DNA of 64,000 bases, from assembly GCA_946965045.2 (NCBI GenBank), contig OX337231.1:3224001-3288000 (forward strand). Reading direction: 5' to 3'. Within the stretch, counting starts at the first letter, position 1. Each line of letters starts with the position of its first letter. This stretch comes from Epithemia pelagica. Taxonomy: Eukaryota > Protista > Bacillariophyta. The position numbers and the translations under genes are program-made. The notes under the pieces were generated by a model. The model ran no database searches, was not told the origin of the DNA, and saw only the letters and a list, made by a program, of their open reading frames with translations. Positions 34,086 through 46,183 of the stretch are shown here, in pieces.

Positions 34086-35133
34086 TTACCATTGTCCCAA
34101 GTCACCAAAGGGGCCATTTTGCTGCGAAAACTTGTCGAATGAGTTGCCCGAAGATCCATGCCGTGCCGGTGCTCTCTGTTGTTGCGGCGGAGGTTGTTGC
34201 TGGTGGTGGACCTGTTGATGTGGAGGATAAGAGGGACTGGCTGCAGGTGGTGCCGCCATACCCAATAGGTCGGCATGGTGGTGATGACCATTGGTTGGGG
34301 CATGGCCAGTGGATCCAAAATCACCCAATAGGTCTCCCCCACCGGCTCCTGCAGCGACCCCCGGACCTAAGTTGGGAGGAGAGGACATGTGCATGTTTGG
34401 CTGTGCCTGTGCTGGCGAGGGGCCACCAAAAATATCGATTGGCGTCTCCGCTTTCGGTGGCACGGGTGCAGTTGCTGCCGGATGAGGCTTGTGATGTGGC
34501 TGAGCTGGTGCTTGAGATGGAGTTGCCGCGGGCCGACGTTGAAAGTCTTCGTCGTCATCAAAATCTTCATCATCGTCGATACCAACGCGAGTGACTTTGG
34601 CAATTATTGTAGATTGCCATGTTGGAACAGGTTGGCGATCGTCCACACAGTCCATCCAAACTCCAAATTGACCCTTCTCACGGTCTGCACCTGGAGTAAG
34701 GGGTGTTTTGAATCGAAAATGATATCGGCCAGGAATAGGAAATGCTTGTTTTATCTGACCAAGCGTCGGAGCCGCGCCCTGGTGGCGAGGTTTCGGGGCT
34801 AGGAAGACATTAGGTTGTGACTCCGTATCTCCATCTTCTGGGATGAAATATCTACCGTCGATTTGCGGCCCGAAAATTAGCCCCAATCGATATACAGCAG
34901 TAGAACAAACAAATAAATGATGAACAAAGAATGTCAGATATGGTCAAGTGGCAATGACACACGGTCTTTCCACCGAAACCGAATTGTGGGTCGGTGATTC
35001 CTGCATTGATTATCTCGCTGTTTCCAAATTCATTCTCCATCATCAGATAAAGAATCAAACTGTTAACGGACTTAATCTAAATATCGCTGAGAAATGGCCA
35101 AGGCAAATCACTTCCTTACCGAACAGCCGCCAT
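34086..35133 (-). CDS. DIX-domain protein with Pro/Gln/His-rich disordered tail; exon 1 35120-35133, intron 34852-35119
   Basis: Spliced N-terminus MAAVRYFIPED; PTLGQIKQAFPIPGRYHFRFK...VWMD...PVPTWQSTIIAKV matches the DIX pattern. Confidence 0.75.
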
Positions 35134-35612
35134 GGTGATTGGAAGGTGGTCCTGCTTCCGTTGCGTGATAGACGACACACGATTTGACCAGTAAACGTGC
35201 TTTCCAAAGAAAAAATGGGACTACTATTGTTTGTATAGTACATGACTCAACGGATCGAAAAGTGAATCACTATAGATTCTATTGTATAACCCATTGTACT
35301 ATACCTTAATATGTACAATGCGCACGTGCCACAATTTCGCGTGAACCCAAATGCATGCCGCGCTCTCTTTTGTTTGCGCGGGCCAAGTCTCCGCCTCTTC
35401 GATCGCTCCCCTTCTCCTTTCCATTGCCATTGTCATCACGAAATTGGCCCCTTCCGTCTCATTCGTCGTTTGCGGACCTCCATTGGACGAGGCCAAAGAA
35501 GCATCATCGCAGCCGAGAAACAGATTGTTCCAGGCTTGCTGTGGTCTCCACCATTTCTGTCACCAGGACATCCCAACGTGATTTTTTAGATCGTCTTCGT
35601 TCAGATCCCACC

Positions 35613-38392
35613 ATGAGTCGAAGAAACAAGAGCTATCTAAAGCATCATCCTCACAACAATGACGGGCTGCGCTTGGAGAAAACGCCTGTGAAAAAGGTAT
35701 GTTCAATCAGTGGTATTCAAGAAAACGGATCGTAGAAACGAAGAGCCAGTGCAAATATTCTCTTACATCCTTGTTCTCACACTTATTTTGTCCGTTCATC
35801 GATCGACAGTACTTTCCCGACAAGGGCTGGGTGAAGGGCGTCGTTGTTTCCTGTAAGATGCGTTCCAGACCCGAGAACAGCACGGGGGCTGTGGATGACT
35901 CCATTATTCCTTCTGAATTGAAGTACCAAGTGCGATACAGCAATGGCACGACAGAAGACTACCCACACTATGTGTTGATGGAGCTCATTGTGTTTGCATT
36001 GGTGGAAGTTGGCTCCCACGTGGTGATTTACTCGTACGAAATGGATCGACATTTTCACTGTGTCGTGAAAAAGGTGGATGATTCCAAAACCACCAATATC
36101 CATGCCTCATTCGAAACCACGCGCTCTGATTGGATTGATTTGAGGAGATTCAAGTTTCAGATCATTTCACCAAAGAGAATGCCCAATCTGCTTTTTCCAG
36201 ATTCTCTCTATCAGTTGTTCAACACTCAAAGAAAAGAACTGGTGCATCAAGGCACTCAAACGACAGAAAAGCTTGGACTCAGTCAATCCTCACGGCCGTC
36301 TCCCGAGCAACGACAGGACCAGTCAACGCAAACAGATGTACGAAAGCACGATCAATCGACACAAACGACCCAGACCAAACGAGACTGTTCAACACAAACA
36401 ATAGAAGCAATACAAACAAAACAAACAGAAAAGAAGCATATATCAACACAAACCAGGGATAGTAATAGTAACCGGGATCAGTCGACACAAACAGTGGAAT
36501 CCAAACGAGATCAATCCACACAAACAGTTGAGAAGAAAATGACACAGGATCAATGCGTTCAAACAAACAACAAAGCTCAGCAACATCAAACAACACAAAC
36601 AAACAACAAAACTCTACAAAATCAAACAACGCAAACATTGGCACAATCGAGACGGTCAGAAGCAACTCAGACATGTCTTGAACTCGGAAACCATCAAGCC
36701 ACACAGACGGGATGTGATTGGCAGCGCGACCAAATCACTCAAACGGTTTTCGAAAATAAGGCTCAGTCCACGCAAACATTGCAAACAGTGACAAAGACAC
36801 AGCATACACAAACATCTCAAACAATAACAAAGACACAGCATACACAAACATCGCAAACAACAACAAAGACACAGCATACACAAACATCCGTGGAAACGAG
36901 ACAGGAGCAAGCAGCGCAAACAAGTCAATCTTTCATTAGTATGGAAGAGAAGGAAACTCAAACTATCCAGGCGACATCCCCAACAAGCAACTCCTCGCTG
37001 CAAGAGGTTCAAACCTCCGACGAAACACAACATAAGTCGACCAAAGCAGAGGTACAAGGGACATCACGTCGTGCCCAACGAAAGAGTCCAGGCAAGCGTG
37101 GTGCCAAGTTTGATACCAGAACGCGTCGAGCTCCATCAGCGGAAGCAGAGGAACTTCTAGATTCGGAAGATGAAGGAGATGCATCAGACAAGGGCAAGGC
37201 TGATGATATCGTTTTGTTTGACTCTTTGACGGAAGATGCATCTCAAGAGGAAGAAGGTGAATCCTCTAAATCCTCCACACCATCGAATGGTCCACTTCTT
37301 GTTCTAAAGTCTCCCCCACTGGCATCAGTAAAGAAAAATACGCGACTTGCAATTCTTTGGGATATGGACGAAGAATATTACGAGGCAACTGTTTTGGAGA
37401 TTCGAAAATACAAGTCTCGTACCATTGCTTATCTAGAGTATACTCAAGACACCTTCAGAGAATGGGCGGCGCTAGGGGATCGAGAATTTTATATCCTAAG
37501 CGACTTTATGGCATACGAAAAGTATCTGAACGATCAAAGAATCGGATGTCTTCCATCTGAAAATATTAGAAAGATCAAGAATGACGAGGAGCAAGAGCGT
37601 GCCTACGGAAGGCAACAGTATGAATGGATTCGCGATCCCTTCACTCGTATCGAGATACCTTTGGACACGACGAGCAATGCCGACTTGTATGCGGCTCATC
37701 TTAAGTCCATCAAAGCGGTTCGTGTTGGTAGTCGTATCGCTATATGGTGGGTTGCGGAAAAGAGATTCTACAAGGGGAACGTCATTGATGTACGAACAAG
37801 AAAAGGAATTCACCAATATCAAGTGAAGTACGATGACAATGACAAATTATGGGTTAACCTCGAAAAGAACTTTTTCTTCGTGCTCCTTCCTCCCCAGCAA
37901 ACGGCAACTGCCGCCGGGATTGTGGACTGGGGGGCAGAAACTGATGAAGAGGCGAAGGCACCTACGAAAGAGTCGCTTGCGGAGGAATCCCATGAGCCTG
38001 TTGGAAAACCAGACTTGGAGAGCATCCATGTTGGGTCGCAGATTGAGGTCGATGTTTCTTGGAGTAGGCGATATAAAATTGGGACTGTGAAAGACATCAA
38101 ACGAGATGTCAACAAGTTTTTGGTCGCGTTCGAGTTTGGCCATGCGGAGTGGATCTCGTTGGAAGAAGTTGATTTCCGGCTGAGTGGTGTCACATCACAC
38201 GATACTGAACAAACGCAACCAAAGACAGGAAAACGAAAGTCGACAGGTAGACAGTCTACCGGTAGCACGGGGAGTAACAAACGAAGAATCTCTTCGAGTT
38301 CAGCTAGGGTACGGAGAGGATCAAACTCGATTGATAAAGTGGACGGGGCAAACGCCCGAGATTCCAAACGGAAGCGGTCCCCCCGGAGCTAA
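35613..38392 (+). CDS. Multi-Tudor-like-domain protein with central TQT repeat array; intron 35697-35809
   Basis: About five Tudor/SH3-like modules (e.g. VGSRIAIWW...FYKGNV...YQVKYDDNDKLWVNL), about 18 TQT motifs, basic NLS-like C-terminus. Confidence 0.75.
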
Positions 38393-38842
38393 CATAGTTT
38401 ACCACTGTTGGGCAATTGCCGAGCAACAATTGTTGCTCCTTGGAATCATCATGGCAATGAACGAACAGTTTACTCCCTCTTCTCTGTCGTTGTGGTAACA
38501 AACTCCTTTGTTTTGGAGCTGCAATACAAAGGCAGCGTCGAGTATGTAGGTTGTAGAAGCCACAAGAGCAGTCTTAGATTTCGAAGGTTGGAATTCACTT
38601 GTCAGAAACAAACATTAAAATTTTGTGTTTGAACAGAAGTAGCACTACCTAGGAGTAGTCCCCTCGTTTCATAGTATTACCTGAAGGCATAGTGTGGCAA
38701 GTGGCAAGCCATAATTTCGACCCCTCAGTCAATCCAAAAACAGTTTTGCGCAAGTTCTTGAGACATGTTTGGCAAGGACTGATGCCGCCCATCGAATCCT
38801 ATGTCAAGGTGACCAGAATCCGTTCGCTCAAACACCTAGTAC

Positions 38843-39712
38843 CTAGTCGTCATCCACGGACTTGCCTTCGCGACGCTGTTGCTCTTTGTACAGCTCATTG
38901 ATATCCTGACCTTCCAATTGTTTCTGAATATCAGCCATTTCACTTTCCGTCGGTGCCCGAAGATCTTCTTGACTGGGTGACTGGATTTCTGGCATGACTG
39001 GGGTCCCATCATCATTTCTCAATGTACGAAATCCTTCTTCACCGCCTTCGTACATTTCGCCTTGAAATCCCATTAGCATCGATTTGAGTCCATCCGCCCC
39101 CTCTACTTCGCGATTCATTTTCTCCATTACAACGTCCGGTCGATTGTACGCAACGTCCATCTCCGAATCACCGGGGGCAATCCAAATGTCCAACGACGCT
39201 CGACTGGGAAACAACTCAATCGGTCGTAAATGAGCTGCATGCGTCTCGATCAGATTCCATTGTCGACTGACCGCCTGGGCCGGTGAAACATCACTGACAC
39301 GAGCAATTTTGCCCACAAACCAAAAGACGCTAGACTTGGGTTCGTGCACATAGACATCGTTGGTCAATTCTTTGCCAGCCGCCTCACGAATGGCCACGAA
39401 GTTCTTATTCTGGCGCATGACATTGCGGGGCAAGTATTTCATGTCTGGCTTCACTGGGGGTCCATCCAACGGCTCCAAAAGCTCGTCTTCATTCACTTCA
39501 TCGATCCAATCTCTGCTTTGGTGGAGTGCTCCATGTACCCGTCTTGCCGCTGGAAATGGTGGACCACTGGTGCGCCCTGACCCAAACCGCCTTCCACCGC
39601 AGCTACGCTCGATTTTATGCAGAGGACCATGAATGCTAAAGCCATGGCAGCCAGAAACAATGAAGAGGAGAACATAATGTAGTGCAATCATGGAGAATAT
39701 CATCATTGTCAT
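38843..39712 (-). CDS. Plastid-targeted protein of unknown function
   Basis: Signal peptide ending GCHG-FSI; well-formed globular core DVYVH...FWFVGKIA. Confidence 0.7.
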   Translation of the reverse strand: MTMMIFSMIALHYVLLFIVSGCHGFSIHGPLHKIERSCGGRRFGSGRTSGPPFPAARRVHGALHQSRDWIDEVNEDELLEPLDGPPVKPDMKYLPRNVMRQNKNFVAIREAAGKELTNDVYVHEPKSSVFWFVGKIARVSDVSPAQAVSRQWNLIETHAAHLRPIELFPSRASLDIWIAPGDSEMDVAYNRPDVVMEKMNREVEGADGLKSMLMGFQGEMYEGGEEGFRTLRNDDGTPVMPEIQSPSQEDLRAPTESEMADIQKQLEGQDINELYKEQQRREGKSVDDD

Positions 39713-39950
39713 CGGACTATCTCTTTGAAAGATCCATGATCCTTGTGGAAAATCGAAAACCTTTCCAGTCGCTGTTAGGTCACCGTTATGCTGATGTTTT
39801 ATGACGCACTTACCTCAAAGAACCATCAAAACGACATCTCATGCGAAGGCCAAAGATACAACCAGGCTGTCTCCCATTCTTTGTGTCGAAGAAGTCGAAT
39901 CAACAACGCTGAAAGGCAGGAACAGAAGTGAAGTCTATTGTTCGTTTTAG

Positions 39951-41687
39951 ATGAGGTTTTGCTTAGCTTACCTCCTCTTGCTTGTCTTGTCACAAAAGGT
40001 CAGCAGTCGAGAGTGTTTGGCTCCATCGAGAACCCACGGCAAAAGGGCTCCTGCCTTCCAATCAAACGGAGAGATTCCATCGGTACCAAAATTGTCCAAG
40101 CGAGCGATTCTGGACAGTCTTAATTCAGTGCGAGGAGGGACCGCATCTGCGACCATGCAAGCGGCTTCCAGCCAGAATGTCCCAAATGAGCCTCAACAGG
40201 TTGGATTTCTTACCAAGGCGCGGCAAACCATTTTTCCGATCTACGGCAGCCATGAAGTGGCAAAATTTCTCTTGATTGGATCCATCAAGTTCTTTATTAT
40301 CTTGGCATTGACGTTGACCAGAGATACCAAGGATACTTTGGTTGTGACACAGTGTGGGGCCGAGGCAATTGCGTTCTTGAAAATTTATGGTGTTTTGCCC
40401 GCTGCCACTGCTTTTATTGCCTTGTACTCTAAAATGTCCGATGCCTTTGGAAAAAAGACACTGTTCTATGTCACCTGCATCCCATTTTTTGCTTTTTTTG
40501 CCATCTTTGATTTACTCATTTATCCAAACACGGCATCCCTTCATCCATCTTTGGAGGCGGTGCAAAAATTCTTGCCAGGAGGGGCGGCCGCTTCTGGTGG
40601 AATGGCAGTTCTGGCCAAGATTTGCGCCCACTGGACATCGGCACTTTTTTATGTCATGGCCGAAATATATTCGTCTGTTTCCGTCGGACTGCTCTTTTGG
40701 CAGTTTGCCAATGATGTTGTCTCTGTGGACCAAGCCAAACGCTTTTATCCCCTCTTTGCGCAAATGAGTGGTGTGGCCCCCGTCTTGGGTGGACAGTATG
40801 TGGTTCGATATGTGAGTCGCGCGGCCGATTTCAGCTCGGGTATGCACCGCCTCACAGCGGCCGTAACAGTGGCTGGCGTAATGATTTGCTTCTTTTATCA
40901 TCAGGCCACATCATACCTGGAACGGACCGAAGTCTCCGACCCATCCTCCACCCAAGACAAGAAAAAGACCAAAAAGAAAAAGCCGAAAATGTCCATGATG
41001 GAATCTGTCAGATTCTTGGCTAGCAGTGAATACCTCAGATTAATTGCAATGCTTGTCATTGGGTACGGACTAAGCGTCAACTTTACCGAAGTCATGTGGA
41101 AATCATTGGTGAAGAAGCAATACCCAAATCCGATGGATTATCAACGGTTCATGGGAAATGTGTCTTCGGCGGTGGGTCTGAGTACTTGCATAGTCATCTT
41201 TTTTGGGGTCCATGTGATCCGTCTACTCGGTTGGAGGATTGGAGCCATGGCGACACCAGGCATTATGAGTGCGCTGGCTATACCCTTCTTTTCCTGTATT
41301 GTCATGGGTTTAGACAGTCCGACAAGGTTGCAATTGGCTGTCATTCTGGGAACCCTGCAAAGCTTGTTGAGCAAAACCTCCAAATATGCACTGTTTGATC
41401 CAACTACCCAAATGGCGTATATTCCGCTGGATGAGGACTCCAAAGTTAAGGGCAAGGCCGCGATTGATGTACTGGGCTCTCGAGTCGGTAAAAGCGGTGG
41501 ATCATTCATTATACAGGGACTGGTGTTTGTTTTTGGAGATATCATTAGTGCTGCCCCGGTTGCTGGCGTCATTTTCTACAGTGTCCTACTGACCTGGATG
41601 GGTGCCGCCAATAGACTGAGTGGCCTGTTCCAAGCACAAACAGAGGTCAATGATGCTAGCAAGTCGGATTCCAAAAAGGGAAAATAA
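39951..41687 (+). CDS. NTT: Nucleotide transporter of the TLC/NTT (ATP/ADP translocase) family, with N-terminal presequence
   Basis: TLTRDTKD, LLFWQFAN, SKYALFDPTTQMAYIPLD, DVLGSRVGKSGG; about 12 TM helices. Confidence 0.93.
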   Translation: MRFCLAYLLLLVLSQKVSSRECLAPSRTHGKRAPAFQSNGEIPSVPKLSKRAILDSLNSVRGGTASATMQAASSQNVPNEPQQVGFLTKARQTIFPIYGSHEVAKFLLIGSIKFFIILALTLTRDTKDTLVVTQCGAEAIAFLKIYGVLPAATAFIALYSKMSDAFGKKTLFYVTCIPFFAFFAIFDLLIYPNTASLHPSLEAVQKFLPGGAAASGGMAVLAKICAHWTSALFYVMAEIYSSVSVGLLFWQFANDVVSVDQAKRFYPLFAQMSGVAPVLGGQYVVRYVSRAADFSSGMHRLTAAVTVAGVMICFFYHQATSYLERTEVSDPSSTQDKKKTKKKKPKMSMMESVRFLASSEYLRLIAMLVIGYGLSVNFTEVMWKSLVKKQYPNPMDYQRFMGNVSSAVGLSTCIVIFFGVHVIRLLGWRIGAMATPGIMSALAIPFFSCIVMGLDSPTRLQLAVILGTLQSLLSKTSKYALFDPTTQMAYIPLDEDSKVKGKAAIDVLGSRVGKSGGSFIIQGLVFVFGDIISAAPVAGVIFYSVLLTWMGAANRLSGLFQAQTEVNDASKSDSKKGK

Positions 41688-41828
41688 ATTCTAACATGAA
41701 TTGCATTGTAGAAAGGCAATTTCCTTGTGAAGTGAGTAATTCTATGTTGTTCCATTGTTTAAATGATAAACGCTGTTATCTATAATTATGATACACTGGT
41801 AAACATGTCAATATTCTTTGCTAGTGGC

Positions 41829-42439
41829 TTAAAAGTCCAAGTCATCCAACACGAATGCCCGCACATCCGTTGGTGAATCCATTCGGACTGGATGAGTCTT
41901 GCTTTTCTCCGGTGGAGAGTGGACTGTTTGTTTTCCCACAACCACCTCAAGGTCTACTTTATTACCCATTTCTTCGATAGAACCATCTTCATCAAGAATG
42001 ACGTAGAAAGGCACTTGCTTGAAGCCAAGAATTCGTTTGGCGGTCTCCTTGTCTTTCTCCTCCATGAAGTAATGGAGGACGTTTCTCCATTTCAGCTCGT
42101 CGTCCCGCTCAATTATTTCTCGTGCTCCATCCAGTCTGTCGCAACAAATGGAGAGGAAACGCACATTGTCTTCATTCTGGGATGCTAGCTCATCCAGTTT
42201 GTCCAAAGCCTGTGGACATTTGGTACATCGTGTGGTCCAAAAGTCTAAAGAGCCAAACCGACAGCAATCTGTGAGGAATATTATCGACTCTGGCCAAGGT
42301 GAGGGCCTCAAGACGAACGTGTCGTACCAATGACAGTCTTTCGACCCTGACAAATCTCGTGCGTATTGGTTTCTTGGGCGGTTGCCAGTGATATTACTGG
42401 CAAGCAAGGAAAGGATGGGAGTTCGAGTGATGAGGACAT
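41829..42439 (-). CDS. Redoxin/thioredoxin-like protein (CxxC); intron 42245-42327
   Basis: Spliced GRKTVI|DFWTTRCTKCP, GFKQVPFYVILD. Confidence 0.8.
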
Positions 42440-42802
42440 GTTGCCAAGGTTACGGATACGGAGTTTTGGTGTGGAATGTGATCTGAAAATGAATGAATGG
42501 GAATGACGCGAAAGGACGGTGTTCGCGCGGCACAATCAATTTCTCACTTAGATGCGCCAAAAAAAGGAGGTTGCCGGCGTGACGCGATGCACATGCACAG
42601 GTACAAGTCTCCCTGGTAATATTTCCCAATGCGCGTCCGCCTGCGTGCGACACGGGGTGAAAGCTCGTTTGCAGTGGTGCCACATTTTCTTTCAATGACA
42701 ACGAACTCTTGGAAGCAAAAGGCTGAGGACAATCGTTGAGGTCATATTCGTAAGACAAAGCACACAGGAATCAGTGAACTCTACTGAAATATATTTTTGA
42801 AA

Positions 42803-44206
42803 ATGAACGAAGAATACTGTGCCGGGGACTATGATCGAGATCTTGTGGTCGCATGCGATTCTCGCAACAGATCTGACAGAATCAACGATGAGCACGGGAA
42901 TCCTTCATATCGACCGACAGCACTGGACACCGCAGAGGTTCTGAGGAGAATCGAGTTTGTGGCACATTCCATACTTCTTGATTTAGAGGAGGACGGTAAG
43001 CTGCCGTGTCTTGAAGAGTTTGATGGTCACGAGTTTGGTTCGAGTCAACTCTCTTCAATCCCGGACGATACTCAAGAGGACTTCTCGGCGGCACGAGAAA
43101 TCTTTTCCTCACGACGCAAAGTGTTCAAGGAGTTCAATCTCCAACAGTCACGATCCATGACAAGCATTGTAATGGTTCTTTCATATTGTCACAATCTGTT
43201 GTGTGAGGGAAAGACAACGACGATTCGAGAATTGTACTATTTCTATGTCACTCATTTCCGAAATCAAAAAGAGTGTGATTTGGCAATTCGTGATGCTGCC
43301 GTCCTTTTGAGTGTTCCACGACATGCACTGGGACTCAAGGCATCTCCCAAGGGTTGGTACTGTGGCGATTTACAAATCACAACAATTGTACCAACGGGGG
43401 AAACAATCGTCACAGACGCCAGATCACTGACCTCATTACACGGAGCTCCGATTGACAGTACATGGATACACCTGTGTAACGAGCATACTGCGAGTCAGGA
43501 GGGTTGTAGAGTTCCGTTTTGGGTTGAGCAAGGGACTCGGGTGTCAACGTACAGAGCTCAGTGCATTCTTGTGGTGGAGAAGGAAGGGATTTACAATCGG
43601 CTTGCGGAAGATCGGTTCTACGACCAATATCCCTGCATTATCATGACCGCGAAGGGTTTCCCAGATTTGGCCTCACGAGCCATGCTCCATTATCTCCACA
43701 AGAAGCTGCAATTGCCTGTATGGGGGCTGTGCGATTGCAACCCCTTTGGGATTCTTGTCATGCACACATATTTTCGTGGAAGTATGGGGAGAGGAAACTT
43801 GGATGGAGGTGCGCGATTCGCCGTCCCCATTCAGTGGATGGGACTTCGGCCCTCCCAAGTCGAAGCCTTGCGAAAGGAAGCCACTCAAGCTTCCAATGGT
43901 GAGGTCTCTTTGCCTCCTCAAGTATTTCAGGAACTCACTTCTCTGGATCGGAAGCGCTTGGAAGACTCTTTGATGGGTTCTCTCGGGTATGAATGGACCT
44001 CGTATTCGGAGCGAAGACTAGAGGAGCTGGAGCTCATGAGCAAAAATGGATACAAAATGGAATTGGAAGCACTTCATTGGTTGGGGATGGACTTTTTCAA
44101 TGTGTGGCTCGGCCGTATGTTCCAACATGAGTATGCGAAGCAAAGCAACCAGAACCATCACCGTGAGGAAGACCCATTTCCGGAAGACGTCCGCGATATC
44201 ATTTAG
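42803..44206 (+). CDS. SPO11: SPO11/TopoVI-A, probably the meiotic SPO11-2 type
   Basis: Catalytic TIRELYY, Toprim VVEKEG, TAKGFPD, DCNPFG (DxN as in plant SPO11-2), YKMELEAL. Confidence 0.9.
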   Translation: MNEEYCAGDYDRDLVVACDSRNRSDRINDEHGNPSYRPTALDTAEVLRRIEFVAHSILLDLEEDGKLPCLEEFDGHEFGSSQLSSIPDDTQEDFSAAREIFSSRRKVFKEFNLQQSRSMTSIVMVLSYCHNLLCEGKTTTIRELYYFYVTHFRNQKECDLAIRDAAVLLSVPRHALGLKASPKGWYCGDLQITTIVPTGETIVTDARSLTSLHGAPIDSTWIHLCNEHTASQEGCRVPFWVEQGTRVSTYRAQCILVVEKEGIYNRLAEDRFYDQYPCIIMTAKGFPDLASRAMLHYLHKKLQLPVWGLCDCNPFGILVMHTYFRGSMGRGNLDGGARFAVPIQWMGLRPSQVEALRKEATQASNGEVSLPPQVFQELTSLDRKRLEDSLMGSLGYEWTSYSERRLEELELMSKNGYKMELEALHWLGMDFFNVWLGRMFQHEYAKQSNQNHHREEDPFPEDVRDII

Positions 44207-44586
44207 TTTTGTCTTGAATAGGAGCACAGAACAAAGTAAGTCCAAATATCATGTAGCATGGGTATAGTATGATCCGACATTTTGCACCCAGTGGCATCCA
44301 TTTTCCCTTGATTGCCTGTCTACCTCTCAGAATTCAGAATGGTTGATTTCTTCACTCAAAGGGAACTCCAGCATTGGTGAAAAGAAAGCCAAATAGTTTC
44401 ACATCCTCTGAATCGTCGTCAGTATGTGTGCCTCATCGTTCGGATGAGACTATGCTCGACTGTTCCGTCTTAGTATAGGCGATCCCAAAACTTTCGATCC
44501 AACGGTCGGTCATGGAACGACAGCCATTGTCACAAGAAAAAATCATTTCTATGGACAGTTTATGTGATCAATAAAGGTTCAGGGCA

Positions 44587-45502
44587 ATGGCGAATAATTT
44601 ACTCCTGGTTGTGACTGGGGCATCACGTGGTCTCGGGAGAGCTATTGCAGTTGCTTTTAACCAGCAACCAGCTTCGTACATAAAAACGATATTACTGGCT
44701 CGCTCAATGGACGGTCTTGAGGAGACGAGAAAGTTGATATTGTCAGGAAAACAAGACAACACTCAAAACGACGTTACATTGCATACGGTGGATATGGGAG
44801 ACCTGGAAAGTCTCAATCAGTGCATTGACAATGTGTTCGAGGACACGACGTCCACTGGGAACCAATCAGTCTTTTTCGATCGCATGGTGTTTATCAATAA
44901 CGCAGGTTCGCTCGGAAAGCTAGGCCCCTGTATGGAGAGCACGTCCCTTGAAGAGATGAAGATGGCCGTTGATCTTAACGTCACGTCGGCCATGTGGACG
45001 TCTGTTCGTTTTGCACAGGCCGCAAACCAGTGGCACGGGTCTTTGATTGGAGAAACTACCATTGTCAACATCTCATCGCTTGCTGCAATCCAACCTTTGC
45101 CAACAATGGGCATTTATTCAGCAGGCAAGGCGGTACGTAAGCTGTGAGCGACAAGAAAGTTCATCAATTGGTGAGCCCAGTTTGTGGCCGTGTCTTTTCA
45201 CTCCCTCTCTGTTTGTCGTTGGTCAGGCCCGTGATATGTACCATGCATGTTTGGCAAAAGAGTTGGAAGATGGGAACAGAACATTTCTCAAGACACTGAA
45301 CTATGCGCCTGGACCACTCGAAACTGATATGGCTACAGAGCTACGAGCTGCTGAAAATCTCGATGCTTCACTCCAGGAAAATTTTCGTCAGAAACTTGTG
45401 GACCCCAATGAATCTGCCAACGTGTTGGTGCGCTTGGTTCTTGAAAATTCATTCACGAACGGATCTCATGTCGACTTCTTTGATGTTCGAGGAGACCCAT
45501 GA
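44587..45502 (+). CDS. Short-chain dehydrogenase, sepiapterin reductase-like; intron 45133-45226
   Basis: TGASRGLG, INNAGSLG, NISS, YSAGKA|ARDM, LNYAPGPLETDM. Confidence 0.88.
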
Positions 45503-46183
45503 GCAAAATCTCCTTTGCAATTGGACACAATGGCTTTCTTTTCTCAATGCGATACGGTACGACACCGTGTCCAACTTTCAAAGGCGCGCACCTGCCTGAT
45601 GAAGCACAGCATCGAAAGGAAGATCCAGGCAGCTGCATGTACTAAAAACATTCTAAGAGGGAACTTGAACGAAACACCATTAGCTTCTCCTTTGTCGTGT
45701 CGAGGCCTGCTTTTCCAGGTTGGAAATACCCTCTGTCATTCGATTCTCGTCGCACCATCGTCAAAAAAAAATTGTGGGGGAGCAGAAAGTTGCGAAGTGC
45801 GACAATGCGTTGGGCCTTTGGGACACGCTCACAACGGAAGCAATCTATAAGTATCTTGTACGATGTGACAAACAGATCTTGAAAGGCCCTATCAAAGTTT
45901 CTCGTAGAAAGAAAAATAGATACCTACTTAAGGAAAGTTGGTCTTGGAAGATCAGTGCGACATTATTATTTAGAATGTGGTATCCATTCACTAATTAAGC
46001 CTACGGGATAGCTCGGCCTAAGAACTTGGTATCGTCAATATTAATTTTCTCTCAAGTGACAGCAATTGAAGTTGGCCTCACTTTTTGCTTGCTTACGACG
46101 AGCCGTTGGACGGAGATGTGGGAGGTTGGAGTTGACGGAGAGATGTTGATCTGCCAGCCCCTAAATACAACGAGGCCTCATAG

